From contig NC_088856.1 of the NCBI RefSeq assembly GCF_963853765.1, positions 42,284,001 to 42,348,000 of the forward strand: a stretch of 64,000 nucleotides of DNA, in the 5' to 3' direction. Source of the DNA: Magallana gigas. Taxonomy: Eukaryota. The notes below the pieces were generated by a model. The model was not told the DNA's origin. It made no database searches and saw only the letters and a program-made list of their open reading frames with translations. A program made the translations under genes and the position numbers. Each line of letters starts with the position of its first letter. Within the stretch, counting starts at the first letter, position 1. This document shows, piece by piece, positions 44,849 through 59,800 of the stretch.

Positions 44849-47800
44849 GTCTTTTAAAAGTGCATGCACATGTCCATCTAGTACATCTACATATAGTTGA
44901 TTTCACTTTAACCTTCCATTCTATGAAAACTTTAAAACTTTAAATGTCCATGCCAATTACTACCCCAGAAATACATGTACCGGTATGTATGTGTGTAAGG
45001 ATCTTGAGCTGATAAGGTTCCTGTTTGTCTTGGAAGCAAAAGTGCTTACATGTATAGTTGCACACCTCCACTAACGTGTGTAATGAGTGGGGCCCCACCC
45101 AGTGTAATAATAACTGCAGTGTTGTTGGAGCCACACAGAAGCAGGCGGGTTTTATCAGTAGCAGCAGCTGCCGACCTCATCACCAAATCAGAGAGAGGCT
45201 TAGAGCAGTGCATTCAAGCCTAGATCCCCTGTTGTTGGGTATAAACTCTGAAAGTGTAGGAGGAATGTCCAAAGTTAAAGAGATTCAGGTTGCAGTAGTT
45301 ATGAGGATAACATCAAAAACTCAAGTACTCCTATTATATGCAGTGATTTGCAGAAGTCATGAAGCTGTATAAAATTTACATGTTTGAGGGGTTTTTTTTA
45401 ACCCCCCTCCCACCTCTTTTTCCTTCACCCAACCACAGTGAGTGTCCATTATATGCCATTTTCATAATCATATACAAGTTTTTCCAATTTTAATCAAAAT
45501 TTAATACCTACCCCCACTGCCTCTTTTTGTGTGTCTTTCTTAATAGAAAAAAATTGAATAGCATATTTTTGCTTTGTTTTTTAAAGTACAGGTGCAGACA
45601 GTTTTATGATCAGATTTACATAATCTAGCAGATAGGATTATATAACAGACATGGTTCTCATCATCAGGCAATATGATAACAACAGCAAGCATTGCATGCC
45701 GACCTTGAAACCACAGAACTGTTTGGCAATGTAAAACTGCAACAGGAGCCAGTTCTAGCTATTATTATGTCATTGATAATCCATGTAGGGGGGACTGTTG
45801 TGTATTTTTGGCCAGTTTCGAAAATAATTTCAATGCCAATGTTTTGGGTTCAGACTGGTTTGTTAAGGCCAATTGAATGCCAATCTGGGCTTTTGGCAAT
45901 GTAGACATATATATCAACAGGTCAAAATTTGACATTACATTGAGAAAGATGAATATTTAGGTTTGGTATTTTCTTGTCAAACACAAGATGTTTATTTTGC
46001 CTGGTGTATAATGGGGCTTTGTCTGACATTTAAACAGGTTACTCATTGAATTATGAAATTATACCTACATAAAATGTACATCAACATTGATACTGTTTAT
46101 TTTTTAAACTTTGTGTTCCTATCCATGGTGTATATTGAGGTACGTACAGGGGAAAGCTACATGACTCGATCCATGTGTCAGTGTAGACTGAGGGACCCCA
46201 GTTGTTGATCTGTCTGCATTGACTGTTTTGACTTTTAACATGTAATTCAGCTCGTTCAATGCATGCGTGGAAACGTTCTGTCTAACCGCCATCCAACCAG
46301 TGCAAAAATACGGAAATGGCTGGTAATCATTTTAATTGGACATCACCAAGGTACATGACACACAAACCCCCTCCCCACACAGAGGTTTATTGCAACCATG
46401 TCCTTTGAATATGGGGAAAAACTTGAAACAAAGATAGCAACAATTAACCAATGCATTATAAGTTATGATACGGTAATGAGAGTATATCATATATATATAA
46501 GAATGTAAAATATATATGTGTGCGTTTAATAACTTTTCCTCATGCTCCTTTTTCATCTTCTTGCATTGTTTGAATCTATAAAGGTCTACCAAGATTTATT
46601 CAAAGCGAATGAATACAGATTGTGTACTGTTGGTATTTATTTTGTAGGTGATTTTCCGAGTGCTGCCTCCGTTTATAAGAATCGAGAATCCGTACAATGA
46701 GGAAGTTCAGGACCTTCTGAAGCTGACCAACCTGAGGGTCAACTTCACGGAACTCCACGGGCTAGGTAGGTGTGATACAGGTATCTCGGATAAAGTCTCA
46801 GGTGTACGGTAAATACATGTACATACATGGCGGCGGCCAGGTACCTTGAGAGAGTTAGGTGTGTGGTCTGCATCATATGGACGTCACAGACATACACTCA
46901 TATTTTGATATACAGTATATCCTGGCTGCATGGCCATATTAAATCTATATGTATCTGTGTATTCTATTTAATTTTTTTTTCAGGGAATTATCTTTCACTA
47001 AATATCAAACACTTAATTTCTTCGTTAGCATACATGTATGAAACTATGAATACAGGTTTATAGAAACAGAAATGAGTGAAATCACATCTATTCTGATTTA
47101 ATATTTAGAGATAAATTTCCTCTTAATATTATACATGCACAGCACATGTACAGTGTATATATTGTTAAATTATTTGTGAAGTCCTTTGAATACATTCCAG
47201 GTATCTGATTCATAAATGACCAGTACCGAGGAAATGCAGTGCAATACATATATCTTTACAATTTAGTCTTAATTTAAAAAAACAGCAAGCAGGAATAGTC
47301 TTTGAGAAATGTATAATGGTTCATCTTTAAATAAATTTTTTTAGTCCAAAAAAAAAAGAGCAGGGGAATAAATGGAACAGTACTGTTCTAAAAGAGGACA
47401 TAGACAATATTTGAAAAGGGGAGGGGGGATATGTTCCAACCTGACCATTTTACGATTGTTATGGTCACTGAGGTGTTTGCTCTCTGAGGAATGGTACACT
47501 GTTTATTAAAAGGGTTTTTTGGGGACCCAAACATAATCTGGGAGTGTGTTATTGCATTTTTGTATGGAGATTTTACCTTGTGGCTGGCTGGAAGTTTCCA
47601 GGTATTTATATAACTCTGCTTTCAACTGTGAAATATAATTAATATTAGCTAGTTTTCTTTTGATATGCTTTCAAAGTACATATGTATTAAGATCATAAGA
47701 ATAAATTCACTATCTGTAATAAAGCACTTTATTTGCTCAGACAACAGTTTTTGCTTGAGTTATCAGAAGATATACACCCTTTCTTGGTATGTGCTTGTTC

Positions 47801-50800
47801 AGTTGACACAACACTGTAAAAATTGTCCAGGTCTTGTGCGTAGGTTTTACAAACATGAGCTCTAATTATAAAGGGTCCCTTAACCTGACATACCGGATTT
47901 CGGTCGGTCGGTGAAATGTTGATGTATTGCACCTGATTGGTCGAGAGATCAAAAGTTTGATACACCTGTATTTTCAACGAAAATGCATGTCGTTGACTCG
48001 ATCACTTAACAAGGATAGGTAAATAGCTGTCTGGGTCATCAGAGCATGAAAAATTAAGTCTGCGGTTTTTTTTTTAACATTCATTTCGTTTTTTCAATGA
48101 TTGTTTCAAAATAAGAGAAAGAGAGAGAGCTTATTTGAATGTGTCCATTTTTGATGCTAAACCAACTTTCTGAAAATTAATTTTCTTTAGAAGGATTAAT
48201 ATCATTACTTAAATGTTTACTTAAGGCTCTATTTTTTGGAAGGTCTTAAATGAAAAGAAATATGAAAGTGTTGAAAGGAAGGGGGGGGGGTGAGATTGTT
48301 GAGGATATTCCAGATTCAGATTGTGGGATGGAGGGGGGGACGAGGTTGTTGAAATATTACTGGTATATACATCTATCATGGGAGAGGGTGTTTATAAACC
48401 ATCTATCTTGTATGCCAAGGCCATGGTTTTGATTTTACATATTATCATGATATGCCATATTCAGATTTCTAAATGAGAAGTGTCATGCAGACAGGGAAAT
48501 GTTACATAAAAAAGGTTGCACCATTTATTCCCAAATAGAATTGATACCTATAAAAGGACCTGAAGGGTTGAATATTGGTTACCGTAACTTTGTTGGAATT
48601 TTAAAGAAATTTTTACAAAAACTGATATTTCATATTCCATTTTAAAAGGGAGAAGGGTATTGGTACCCATTTAACCTCAATAAACATATCAAACTACAAC
48701 CAAGGCATTGTATTGCTCAGAAAATTATGTTATAGTTTGTGAAGAGTTTTTATGATATTAAAGACTTACAACAATTGTGATGAATGTTTAAAAATTTTTA
48801 TATCAAAGTTCAAGAATAAAACCTTATTACCATGTTGGCATCACATTAATTAATTGGTCATAAGTTGATCCAACTTAAAAAATTTTCATGACAAATTTTT
48901 ATTGGAGCAATGAAGATACAGAGTTCAGATTTCTGCCATGTTTTGCTGGTTCTTTACCAACTTGAATTTCCTCTGCAGGGGATACGCTGCTGGACAACCG
49001 TCAGGAGATCAAGGACAAGTACTACTACGCAATGTATGACATGACGGTGCGCGGAAGCTGTAGTTGTTACGGACACGCCTCCCGGTGTGAGCCAGTGGAC
49101 GGCTACAACAACAGACCTGACATGGTAAGTATAATTAATTCAGCTGGGACAAGAACTCAATGGTTAACCTCTGCTAGTGAAACGAAGAAGATTTAATAAC
49201 AATGCAAGAAAAAGTTTTATTGAATAAAACATGACATACTGGATTAAGAAGATTGTAAGAAATTTTTCTCAAAACAAAATGATAATTGTTTTATACATGT
49301 ATATCACTGCATGAAAAGGAATCTTTTATTAATCTTTTATACTTGACAGTGCATTGATTTACATATATACATGGAGCATGAAGTTATAGTTAGATTTTTT
49401 TATTGTTAATTTTGTATGGTTTCTATAAGTTTTGGGGTTTTTGTTTTAGGTTCATGGTCAATGTGTTTGTACACACAACACCAAGGGACGTAACTGTGAG
49501 CAGTGCCAGGACTTCTATAATGATCTCCCTTGGCGACCAGCAAGGCAGAATGCCTCTAATGCTTGTAAAAGTAGGTATTAAAACCCCCATGAAAAATATA
49601 TCTTAATTTTTTCAGGCTCATGTATTCTACATGTTTTTTCTTTTTTATTGCAAGAATTGTGAAGGGGAATATTGGTAAATTTTTTTACTTTATTAGAAAA
49701 GTTTAAAACTTGGGTCATATACCCCCTTTTCAATATGGCAATAAAATGAATCCATGCAGCAGCATTTGACCTGATGCATGGGTGCCTGAGAAACAAGGCA
49801 TTAATTGTTGTTGCCCTAATAGAAAAAGTAATATATGTACAGATTAGACACCAGTTATTATTCTCAGATTTACCGTATACATGTATGATTCTATAAAGAA
49901 CCATACGTAAAAAATTAATTTAGGAATATCAAGATGTCCAAAGCTAATTGGTAAATGAAAGATTTCAGATACAGTGTTTTTCTTAAATGAGACAATATGC
50001 CTTACAAGCTGTACTGTATTGTATGAATGACAATTCTTCCCAGAGTGCAACTGCAACGGTCACTCTGACAGGTGTAAGTTTGACCCGGCCGTGTATGAGG
50101 CGAACGGAGGAATCAGTGGAGGGGTGTGTCTGGACTGTCAGCACAACACGATGGGGCGCAACTGTCAGCAGTGTACCGACATGTTCTACCAAGACCCGTA
50201 TCAGGACATCCGCAGCTCAACCATCTGTAAACGTGAGTCTTAGAATAGCTGATTAATCTGTAAGAGAGCTTATGCAATAGAATGAAAATGTGAGGGATAG
50301 TGAAATGATTAAGCTGAAATAAACCTTCATATTAAAGTAACTAACTTAAGAAAAAATTTCAAGACTTAACCATTCGATAAATATAATTTGCAATTCCCAT
50401 CTTTGAAAATCACACAATAGTACACTTAACGGGTACTCTATTATTACTGTAATTTTATATCACTCCCACTAACCAGTGGTGTCCAACTATTTGTAGCTTG
50501 TGACTGTGACCCGTCGGGTTCCCTTTTGGGTGGGCGCTGTGATGATCACTCGGACGAGAGAAACGGACTGGTTGCAGGGAGATGCCACTGTAAGGACCAC
50601 GTGGAGGGCAAGCGCTGTGACACGTGTAAAGATGGTTTCTACAATCTGGATGAGTCTAATCAGCAGGGGTGTGAAGGTATTAAATTAGGTTGATTCTGCT
50701 GTTGTAGGATTAAGTGTGATCATTCTCCATTAAATCCATTCATTACTTTCCAAATGAAAGCTGAATACTATGATGCTAGTATATAACAACACATTTTGTG

Positions 50801-53800
50801 GAATTAGCAACGACACGCTGCAGCTATTTAATATTTGGCATGTTAAATGTACACATAATTATGACATAAAGTTGGATCACAGTTAAAACAATTCTGAAAA
50901 TTTAAACTTTCCGCTGTACGTGTCGTACGTCCTAAATTGGTATTTAACACCTGAGCAATTCTTTATATAGCCTTGCTAATAAACCGGTCCTTAAGATCCA
51001 GGTGACACAAACAGGTATTCAAATGAAAACCTTATATTTCGGGATAAGTAATTCATTATTTTACCAAGTAGAAATTGATTTCTGTCTAATTTGTCCCTGA
51101 AACGAAAGAAATCATATTTCTTTTGTGTATATTTTATAAAATTTTCCCTTGAGAAGTTATTGTGTAATCTTTCCCATGTGAGTGTTGGCTAGGGAATCAG
51201 TGGAAAACACGAGTTGGATGAAAAACATGTATCCTCATAAATAAGAAATTTATCAAACAGGAGGATTATGATAAACAGCTGATGAATATTGATGTATGTC
51301 ATTTCACAATGAGTTTATCATTTTTAGGTTTTGGTCAATGGTATTAATTTGATTGGCGAGCTGTTTGTTACATGAGATTACTGACCGCTTATGTTTGCTG
51401 TAGCCTACGTTTGATTTTCTCTTGACCTGTATTACAGCCTGTGACTGCAGTATGATTGGGACGGTCACTAATTCCTCCTGTGACAAGGACTCGGGAATGT
51501 GTCTGTGTAAACGATACGTCACTGGAGAGAGATGTGACACCTGTTACGTAAGTGGATCTTCTAAAAAACTGATTGAAAAAATATGTATTAACTCCCGCAC
51601 TCCAAACTAAAAATATATACATATCTTTTATTTATGTAAATCTGTTGAACTGATGATATGCAAATGATGCTACAGTTTTGGAAGAGCAACCCTCAGGAAA
51701 TACTGACCCATTATTTTGTGTACATATACCGGTACTGTAAACCAACTTTTATTCGCGGCGACTTTATTTCGCGATTAACTTCCAATAACTGGTTCGCGAC
51801 GGCTAATGTTCGCGACGTAGCCTTATCATGACCCATGTTGTTCTAACAACCATAGGTTAAGGACTGGTTAGCGGCGAGAAATATTCGCGACTACGAGGCT
51901 CTCACCAACCTCGCGGAAATTTCTCGCACGGGAATAAAAGTTGGTTTACAGTATTCACTGACAATTGTTTGAATTTACCGCAGAGTTCCTTTTAAAGCTT
52001 GCCTGTATCTTGTTACTATAGTCTGGAATAGTTATCACATTGATACACAGCTGAAAATATGAAATAGTTAAGGTGTGTGTGCATTTGGTCTTTCAGCATG
52101 GATTTTATGGACTGAGTGACATTGACACTGGTTGTACACCATGTGACTGTGATGTGGGTGGGTCAATCAGTGAGGCGTGTGACCAGACAACGGGGGCATG
52201 TACTTGTAAACCCAACATCATTGGTAAGCAGTGTAACGAGCCCCGCCCAGGATATTACTACGCCATGCTGGATTATCTCCTTTATGAAGCTGAACTTGCC
52301 AAAGGATTTGGGGTAAGTTTGAGAACAAACCTTGTAATTTGTAATAAGTAATATAAAAAAAAAAATAAATTGTTAGATTAAAAAAATGTGGATTTTAGAA
52401 ATAATGGCAATAACTTTAAAAAGCAACCAACTTTTTATTAAAAATGATTTTATTACATGCATTCCCATTCAGTAAAATGACACACTTGTGGGAATTTTAA
52501 AAAAGATTATCTATCAGGCTGAAGAACAGCAAAACATGTACATGTATATTATATATACACCTTAAAGTGATACACGTGCAGGAATAGAACAGATGTGTAT
52601 CATTCATACATTTATATCTAATTTGATCTCATTACTGAATAGATAATCATCAAAAAGCAATGAGTGAAAAAAATCTAAAATATGACTTGAAGTACTATTT
52701 TATTGGTTTAATTTTTTCCCAGCAAGCTCGTCAGTACATCCAGGAGCCCTACGCCGATGGCTACCAGCCCTGGACGGGACCAGGGTACATGCTGGTTAGG
52801 GAGGGGGACAGCCTGGAGTTCAGTATCGACAACATCGAGTTCCCCACCAACTATGACATAGTCATCAGATATGATCTAAGGGTAGGTAACTCTCATTTTA
52901 CAAAATTATAAATGGAAAAAAAAATTATAAAAAAAATGAATCCTGTTGTGACAACTAATAGCAATATTTTGTGTTTTAATTTGCATTCAGAAGTTTTGGT
53001 AAGTACTGGGGTTTTTTTTTAATATAAAAGGGAAACACAGAATGTTATCGTAAAGAGACTTAAGAGCATGCACAGGTGCTAATAGCATGCAATGTATGTT
53101 GAGGCTTTACAGAAGGTCTTGACAATACATTGGGGAATGGTCTTGAAAGGTACAATTAGTTTGATAATGTACTACAGATGCTACATGTACATTTCTTTGA
53201 TAAACAGATGCCAGAAGTGTGGGAGGATGTCAAAGTTACAATTCGGCGGGACAAAATCCCAGATGAAAACGGTCCATGTGCCAACCATTTGCCACGAGAT
53301 GATGATAAAAGCACCACCCTTAACCAAGGTTTGTTACTTGCAGAAAATTAGAACAGGAATCAATATGTTTAAAAAAGTTTCATACTGTTCGGGAAATATG
53401 AATTATTCAATACAAGTATATACTATAAATTTTTATGGCATTTCTGATTTTTTCAATATATTTTAAAAATATGATTTAGGATCGCGATATGTGGAAGTTA
53501 CACCATCAGCCTGTCTCGAACCCAACACTAACTACACCATTCGTCTGGACTTCCGTCGCTACAAGTCGGGGTTATCTACCCCCGATGCCACGGCCTTGAT
53601 TGACTCGGTAGGCTTCTTTTCCTTTTGATAGAGTGACTGTTTAAAATATTTTTGCACAATTACTTATCGTTGGTGAAAGATTTCTCGAGATTGTTGAGAC
53701 ACCTAATATTAAAGGTTTCCATATGTGTGAAACAGCTTAATGGTTTGCTGTACCTCTACTACATGTGCTAAGGTTTGATGAGTAATATATTAAAACAAAT

Positions 53801-56800
53801 CATTTATCAGAGACATATTTGAGAAAAAAATAAATGTCTATGTAGAGTGTTATTCGAAGCAACTGTTATTATATTCCTGGTAAATTTTGACTTTGTCCTT
53901 GAATTTACAAACATTTAACAGGTCGAGACCACTATATTTTGTGACGTCGGCATAAATTTGCATACTAAATTAGGCATCTGTTTACTTTTATCGACAAACC
54001 AATCAGGTGAATGAGTTGCAAGGCATTGTGGGCTACTACAAGTTTCAGTGTATACAAAGCGTATTGAAAATATATACCATTTTGAATTGTCCTTTGGAAA
54101 CTCATTTTAAATGATTTTTCAGAACGCGCGTTGATATTTTCTTCAGGGACAAACTACTTTATGCTGCATATAGCTTGTGCTTCTGCGTTTGTATATTTGT
54201 GCATTTCTACTACCGTGGCTACTAGTATTCACGTATGTTAAAAAATGTACAGTTACCTGTATTTATTTCTAGTGCACAATGATAAAGTCACCAATACACA
54301 ACTGTGATGTTTTTTTTCTTATCAAAACCTGTTTGTACTTGTATGCGTATGTTTGTCAGTCGTTTGATACTGATCATTTTTGAAGCAACAATTAATCAAC
54401 TAAAACAACAGTATTTTTTAATGTGAGCATGGAACAAAGTTAATGGTACGTAATGTTTCCTTTTTTACCTTCTAAAGTAAAAATCAAGATGTACAAACAT
54501 TCCGGCAAGCAATTAAATATTGTGTATAAAACAGACAAATACCACGTGCGTTTGTTGAATCGTGAACACGTTATAGACCGTCATGCATTGCAACTCATTC
54601 ACTGGATTGGAGAATCTGTTTGCCCAAAATACTGTCACGTGTTAAATAATGCTATCAATATAAGGTAGTGTACCCGACCTGTTTAAGGCACTTAAAAATT
54701 GTAAAATTTTTACATGTAACATATGAATCAGTTTGTCTCTTCCTCTTTGTAGATTGTCCTTGTGCCAGCCACAGATAGTATTCCAATCTTCCAAGTTTTT
54801 GGTTACTTGAACTTCATGAAGAATGAATTTCTTCGCTACAGATGTCGTGAGAAACAACTGACCCCGTACCGACCCAATTACCCAGAATTCTGCAAGAAAC
54901 TCACCTTTAGCATCTCAACCAGCATGCTTCACCGCGCCCTGCGTAAGTCCCTATGCTTGGTCTAGATTCAAATGTCCCAAAATTTAAAAGAAGAATTTAT
55001 TTGCCATTTTTGGCAACTTTATAAACAATCTTAAAAGTAATGGATGGATTATAAACTTCAGATAATTCGCTTCCAATGATACATGTTACCCTTTGTAAAT
55101 TTCATGAAAATAATTGATTTGCCATGTGTTTACTTTGTAATAACATTTTACCTGGGATTTGTATGAAATTGTTCTCCCCTTACAGCCTGTGAATGTGACC
55201 CCACTGGGTCATTGAACTCAGAGTGTGAGCCTGCTGGGGGACAGTGTCTGTGTAAACCCAACGTGGTGGGCAGAAAGTGTGACCGCTGTGCCCCAGGGAC
55301 CTACAACTTTGGGCCCGCTGGGTGTTCTGGTAAGTAGATGATAAACATAAATGGTAAATGTTGGTGATATGAATTAGGCATAATGTGTTTGCTAACATTT
55401 CCTATTTGCAGATTCCATTCTAAAACACTAAGAGAGCTAATTGACAGAGACAGTGAATTCTGGTCCAACATAAATATAGAAAAGCTATTTTTGATGATTG
55501 AAGTGACAGATACAGAAATTGAATATAAACAAACTATCTTGAATGTAGTTTTACATTAGGTGAAGGATTAATCTTGCATGTTTTTAATGCTGTAACACAT
55601 ATTGAACTTTAATTTGTTTATGTTGACAGCTTGTAACTGCCATGAGTACGGATCTCGAGACAACCTTTGTGATGCCCAGACTGGTCAGTGTCTGTGTATC
55701 TACAACGTGGGATCTCGTGACTGTAGTCAGTGTGAGGCCGGATACTGGGGATTCCCCCAGTGTCGGGCATGCGACTGTAACGGAAATGCAGAAACCTGTG
55801 ATGACCTGACTGGGAGGTGTATTGCATGCCTTAATAACACTGCAGGAGACCACTGTGAGAGGTTAGAGGAAAATATTTTGAACCTTTCTTCTGTAGAGCA
55901 AGTTATTTGAAAATTAAAACATTTTCACAAGTTTTAATATTCTAGGTTTTGTTCTGTTATGTTATTAACTTGTCATGGAGTGATATTAAATTTCCTGAAT
56001 GTTTTCTCTGCACAGTTGTGGTGCTGGTTATTATGGTGACCCAAGGAGTTATGTCAGGAAGCCCTGTCGCCCCTGTATGTGCCCCGGGGGTCCCACCAGT
56101 CTGACCCAGCATGCTGACGCCTGTTCAGAGGACCCTAGACAGGAGGTCATTATCTGCAACTGTCTGCCAGGATATCAAGGTACAGATAAGTACCTCTTAA
56201 TAACACATGTGCAAAATAAGACAATGCTATTGATATACATTTGACCGGCATTATCATGAATTTTTACAATGTAGATACAGTACTTTAGAATTGTTTACCA
56301 TAAAAGTGACGGTCAGAGATAAATGGCCAATAAAGGTCAAGGTCATTTGTTAAGTTAACAAAAAAGCCCTATTGAAACACTGAAATTTAGATCTTAATCC
56401 GTAATTATTAAGTCAGTAGAAGAAAGTAATGTATATTTGAATGACATAAACTATCATTACAAACCATTTATGTGGTGTGTGCTTGCTTTATTGTAGGACC
56501 TAACTGTGACACATGTGCAGAAAACTACTTTGGGAATCCCTTGGTAGCCAACAGTACATGTGAACCCTGCCTTTGTAACAATAACATTGACCCCAATGTG
56601 GATGGTAGCTGTGACACATCCTCTGGGGAGTGCCTCAAGTGTCTGTTTAACACTGAAGGGTTCAGCTGTGAGAAGTGTAAGCCTGGATACTATGGGGACG
56701 CAACCACCCAGAGCTGTGTCGGTAAGGGAATTTGGGGGTTAATGGCCATAATTATGGGTTTTTTAATGTTTAAACTGAAAGAATAGAAAAAATGTTTTTT

Positions 56801-59800
56801 CTCAGGTTGAAAGTCACTCAGTTTTAAGAGTTTTGCGAATGAAAAAAATTTAGGTTTCTTATCATTCAGACAATTACATTTGTACATGTATTAAATATTA
56901 TATAGATAAGTTTATTTTGAATTCTGGTTAAATTGGTTGAAGATCTGGTTAAATTGAAGACTTTATTAATTTTTTCAGTGTAAAGAGGGACATTTCAAAA
57001 ACAGATTTTGATCCATTATTTTTTTGAGCAGAGTGTGTATGTGACCCCTATGGTACGGACAGGTCAGCTGGGTCATGTGATAGAGAGACAGGGCAGTGCC
57101 CATGTCTCCCGAATGTGACCGGACTAAGGTGTGATGCCTGTCTTGCCGGCTACTGGAACATCACCAGTGGGGAGGGCTGCTCCGCCTGCGGGTGTGACCC
57201 TGAGGGGTCTCTTGGAATTACCTGTAATCAAGTAAGAATTGATTTTCTCCCAAACCCTCTATCAAAAAATAAGAAATAAATTAAGACCCAATATCTACTG
57301 TAGATTCCTTATTTTACACAAATACTTCATCTCGCAATAAGGCTGTTTTCTATCAAATCGTTAGAATCGAGAACGTAGAACTTTTCTCCTCATTTCTTAT
57401 GGTTCTCAACTTTAAAATAATGGTGCGATATAAGAACCTGTGAAGAGTGTTTCTCAAGATTTTTAAACTGAAATTACTTCTTGTGTATATTAGGAATCTA
57501 CAGTATGTAAAAGTGCTAAAAGCAGCCAAAAAAATAGATTTTATGATTTGTATTTGAGTAAATTTTGAGACACTATATGCCATAAATCGCTTGGATTTCA
57601 GTTTGATGGCCAGTGTGACTGTCAGCAGGAGAGGGGTGGCAGGGACTGCAGTCAGTGTGAGGACTTGTACTGGGGCAACCCCAAAGTCCAGTGTACAGGT
57701 GAGAATGAAAATAAGTTATCAAAGGGGAATACCTTGATTTGATGTTTTGTTTTTTTTTTATCTTAGTGGCTATTGGTAGAATGTCTCTATTTTTTAAGGT
57801 TATCCCTGGAGTACTTGAAAAATCTAGCTGTATTTCTGTTTTCAATACTGTTCTTGGATTACGTTTAACAATTAGAATTTGTGTATTTAAGTGTTATTCT
57901 GAGCCAATGTAAATCGTTCATGTTTTGCATTAATTGTTTTTTTTTATCTGTTTCCTCTGTTTCCTCTTCCTTCAGCCTGTGACTGTAATGGCCAGGGGTC
58001 AGCTGATATGCAGTGTGACCGCCGAACTGGACAGTGTGTGTGTCTGACTGGAATCAGTGGTTACAAGTGTGACCGCTGTGACAGAGGCACCACCGGAGAA
58101 CTACCCAACTGTAAACCCTGTGGGGAGTGCTTTGATAACTGGGACAGAGTTATTAGGGATCTCAGAGGTATAGTCCCACCCCAAATCTTAAACATTCAAT
58201 TCATCCTTTATATGATATCAATTTATAAATTGATGAAAGACTGATCGTTTGAAAAAAGGTCGGCTAATTTCTGTTTTACAAAATTTTAAAATGTCATGTC
58301 TTTTTCCAAACAAAGATAAAACCCAGTATTTGGTCAATGAGGCTCTGAAGATCAAGGCTACAGGAGTAGAGAAGGCATTTGAGAAGGAGTTTGCTGAAAT
58401 GGAGAACAACATCCAGGAAATCCGAGACATCATTCGCAATGCAAATGTGTCCTCTAATGACATCAGAGACATTGAGATGAATCTCAAACAACTCAGGTCA
58501 GTATTACTCACTGGTAATACATAAAGCATAAAAATCTAAATTATATGTGTACTGTTAGTGTTTGTCATAGGTATTTACAACAGGAATTTTGAAATTGATT
58601 CAGATCTTCAGATGTAAGATGTTTGATTTTTTATTTGGTTGACAGGGAATCTCTGAATATCAGCTACACAGATTTAGAGAGGACGAAGGAGGAAATAGAT
58701 GTAAGATCCAATAGTATCAGACAGGGCAACAATGACATCAGAGCCCTACAGATGGGTGTTGACAAACTCAAACAGAAAATAGAGAACCTGAAGAGAAATG
58801 CCACCAATGTCCAGGCTCAGGATGTGGAGGGTAAGGTCTTGACCAGGGGAGAGGAGGGGTAGATTTACTTTTTAAATCTTTAGTTGAATAAAATCTTTAC
58901 TGAATTTGCAACTGTATTGAAAAGTTGAATTAAACATCTCCCCTTTTCATTGAGAGATACTATTATGGCTATTATACATATATTACATGTCTTCTCGGTC
59001 GACATACCAGAATATTTGCCCCGAGGTGACAGGAAAGCCCTGGAGTGTTATGTCGCCTGATGCCGAAGGCAGAGGGCAACATAACACTCCAGGGCTTTCC
59101 TGTCACCGAGGGACAAATATTCTGGTATTGTCGCCCGAGAAGACATGTAATATATGTTATATAACATTTTTGAAAATAAAAATCTGTTTAAGAATATATT
59201 TACCTCATTAACATGTGTATTTTTAAGTATTAATGCATCTTCATATGTTACAAATCAATTTTCTTGTAAAATGTCGATCGATGCTTTCAAACAGAACATA
59301 ACTATTCAAATTAAACAATTAAAGTAAGTTTCTCTGAATAGGAGACACTGTCATGACATTTTTATTTTTGAGGAACTGTTAACGTTTGCGTAGCTAAATT
59401 TCGAACCCGACGGAATTAATATGCAGAATGATTGCATGCGAGGATGATATAACAGTTTCGGGAGGGCAATATAACCATATCCTGTGAAATATAACTTTTT
59501 ATGGGAGGGCAATATAACTATTTCCGGTGTTATTCAGCAATTTTCAGGGCATAGTAATAAAATTATCTCATTTGTGACATAACGAAAAAACTTATTCAAA
59601 AATGTTATGTTATATAAATAGTGCCTGTTTGGGAGGGTAACAGTTGAAATTGACACCCCGAGAAAACCATTGTCAACCGACGCGAAGCGGAGGTTGACAA
59701 TGGTTTTCGAGGGGTGTCAATTTCAACTGTTACCCTCCCAAACAGGCACTATTTATTTTGTTATACTGAATGTCTTAATTTTTAAGAAAATTTTACTGCT

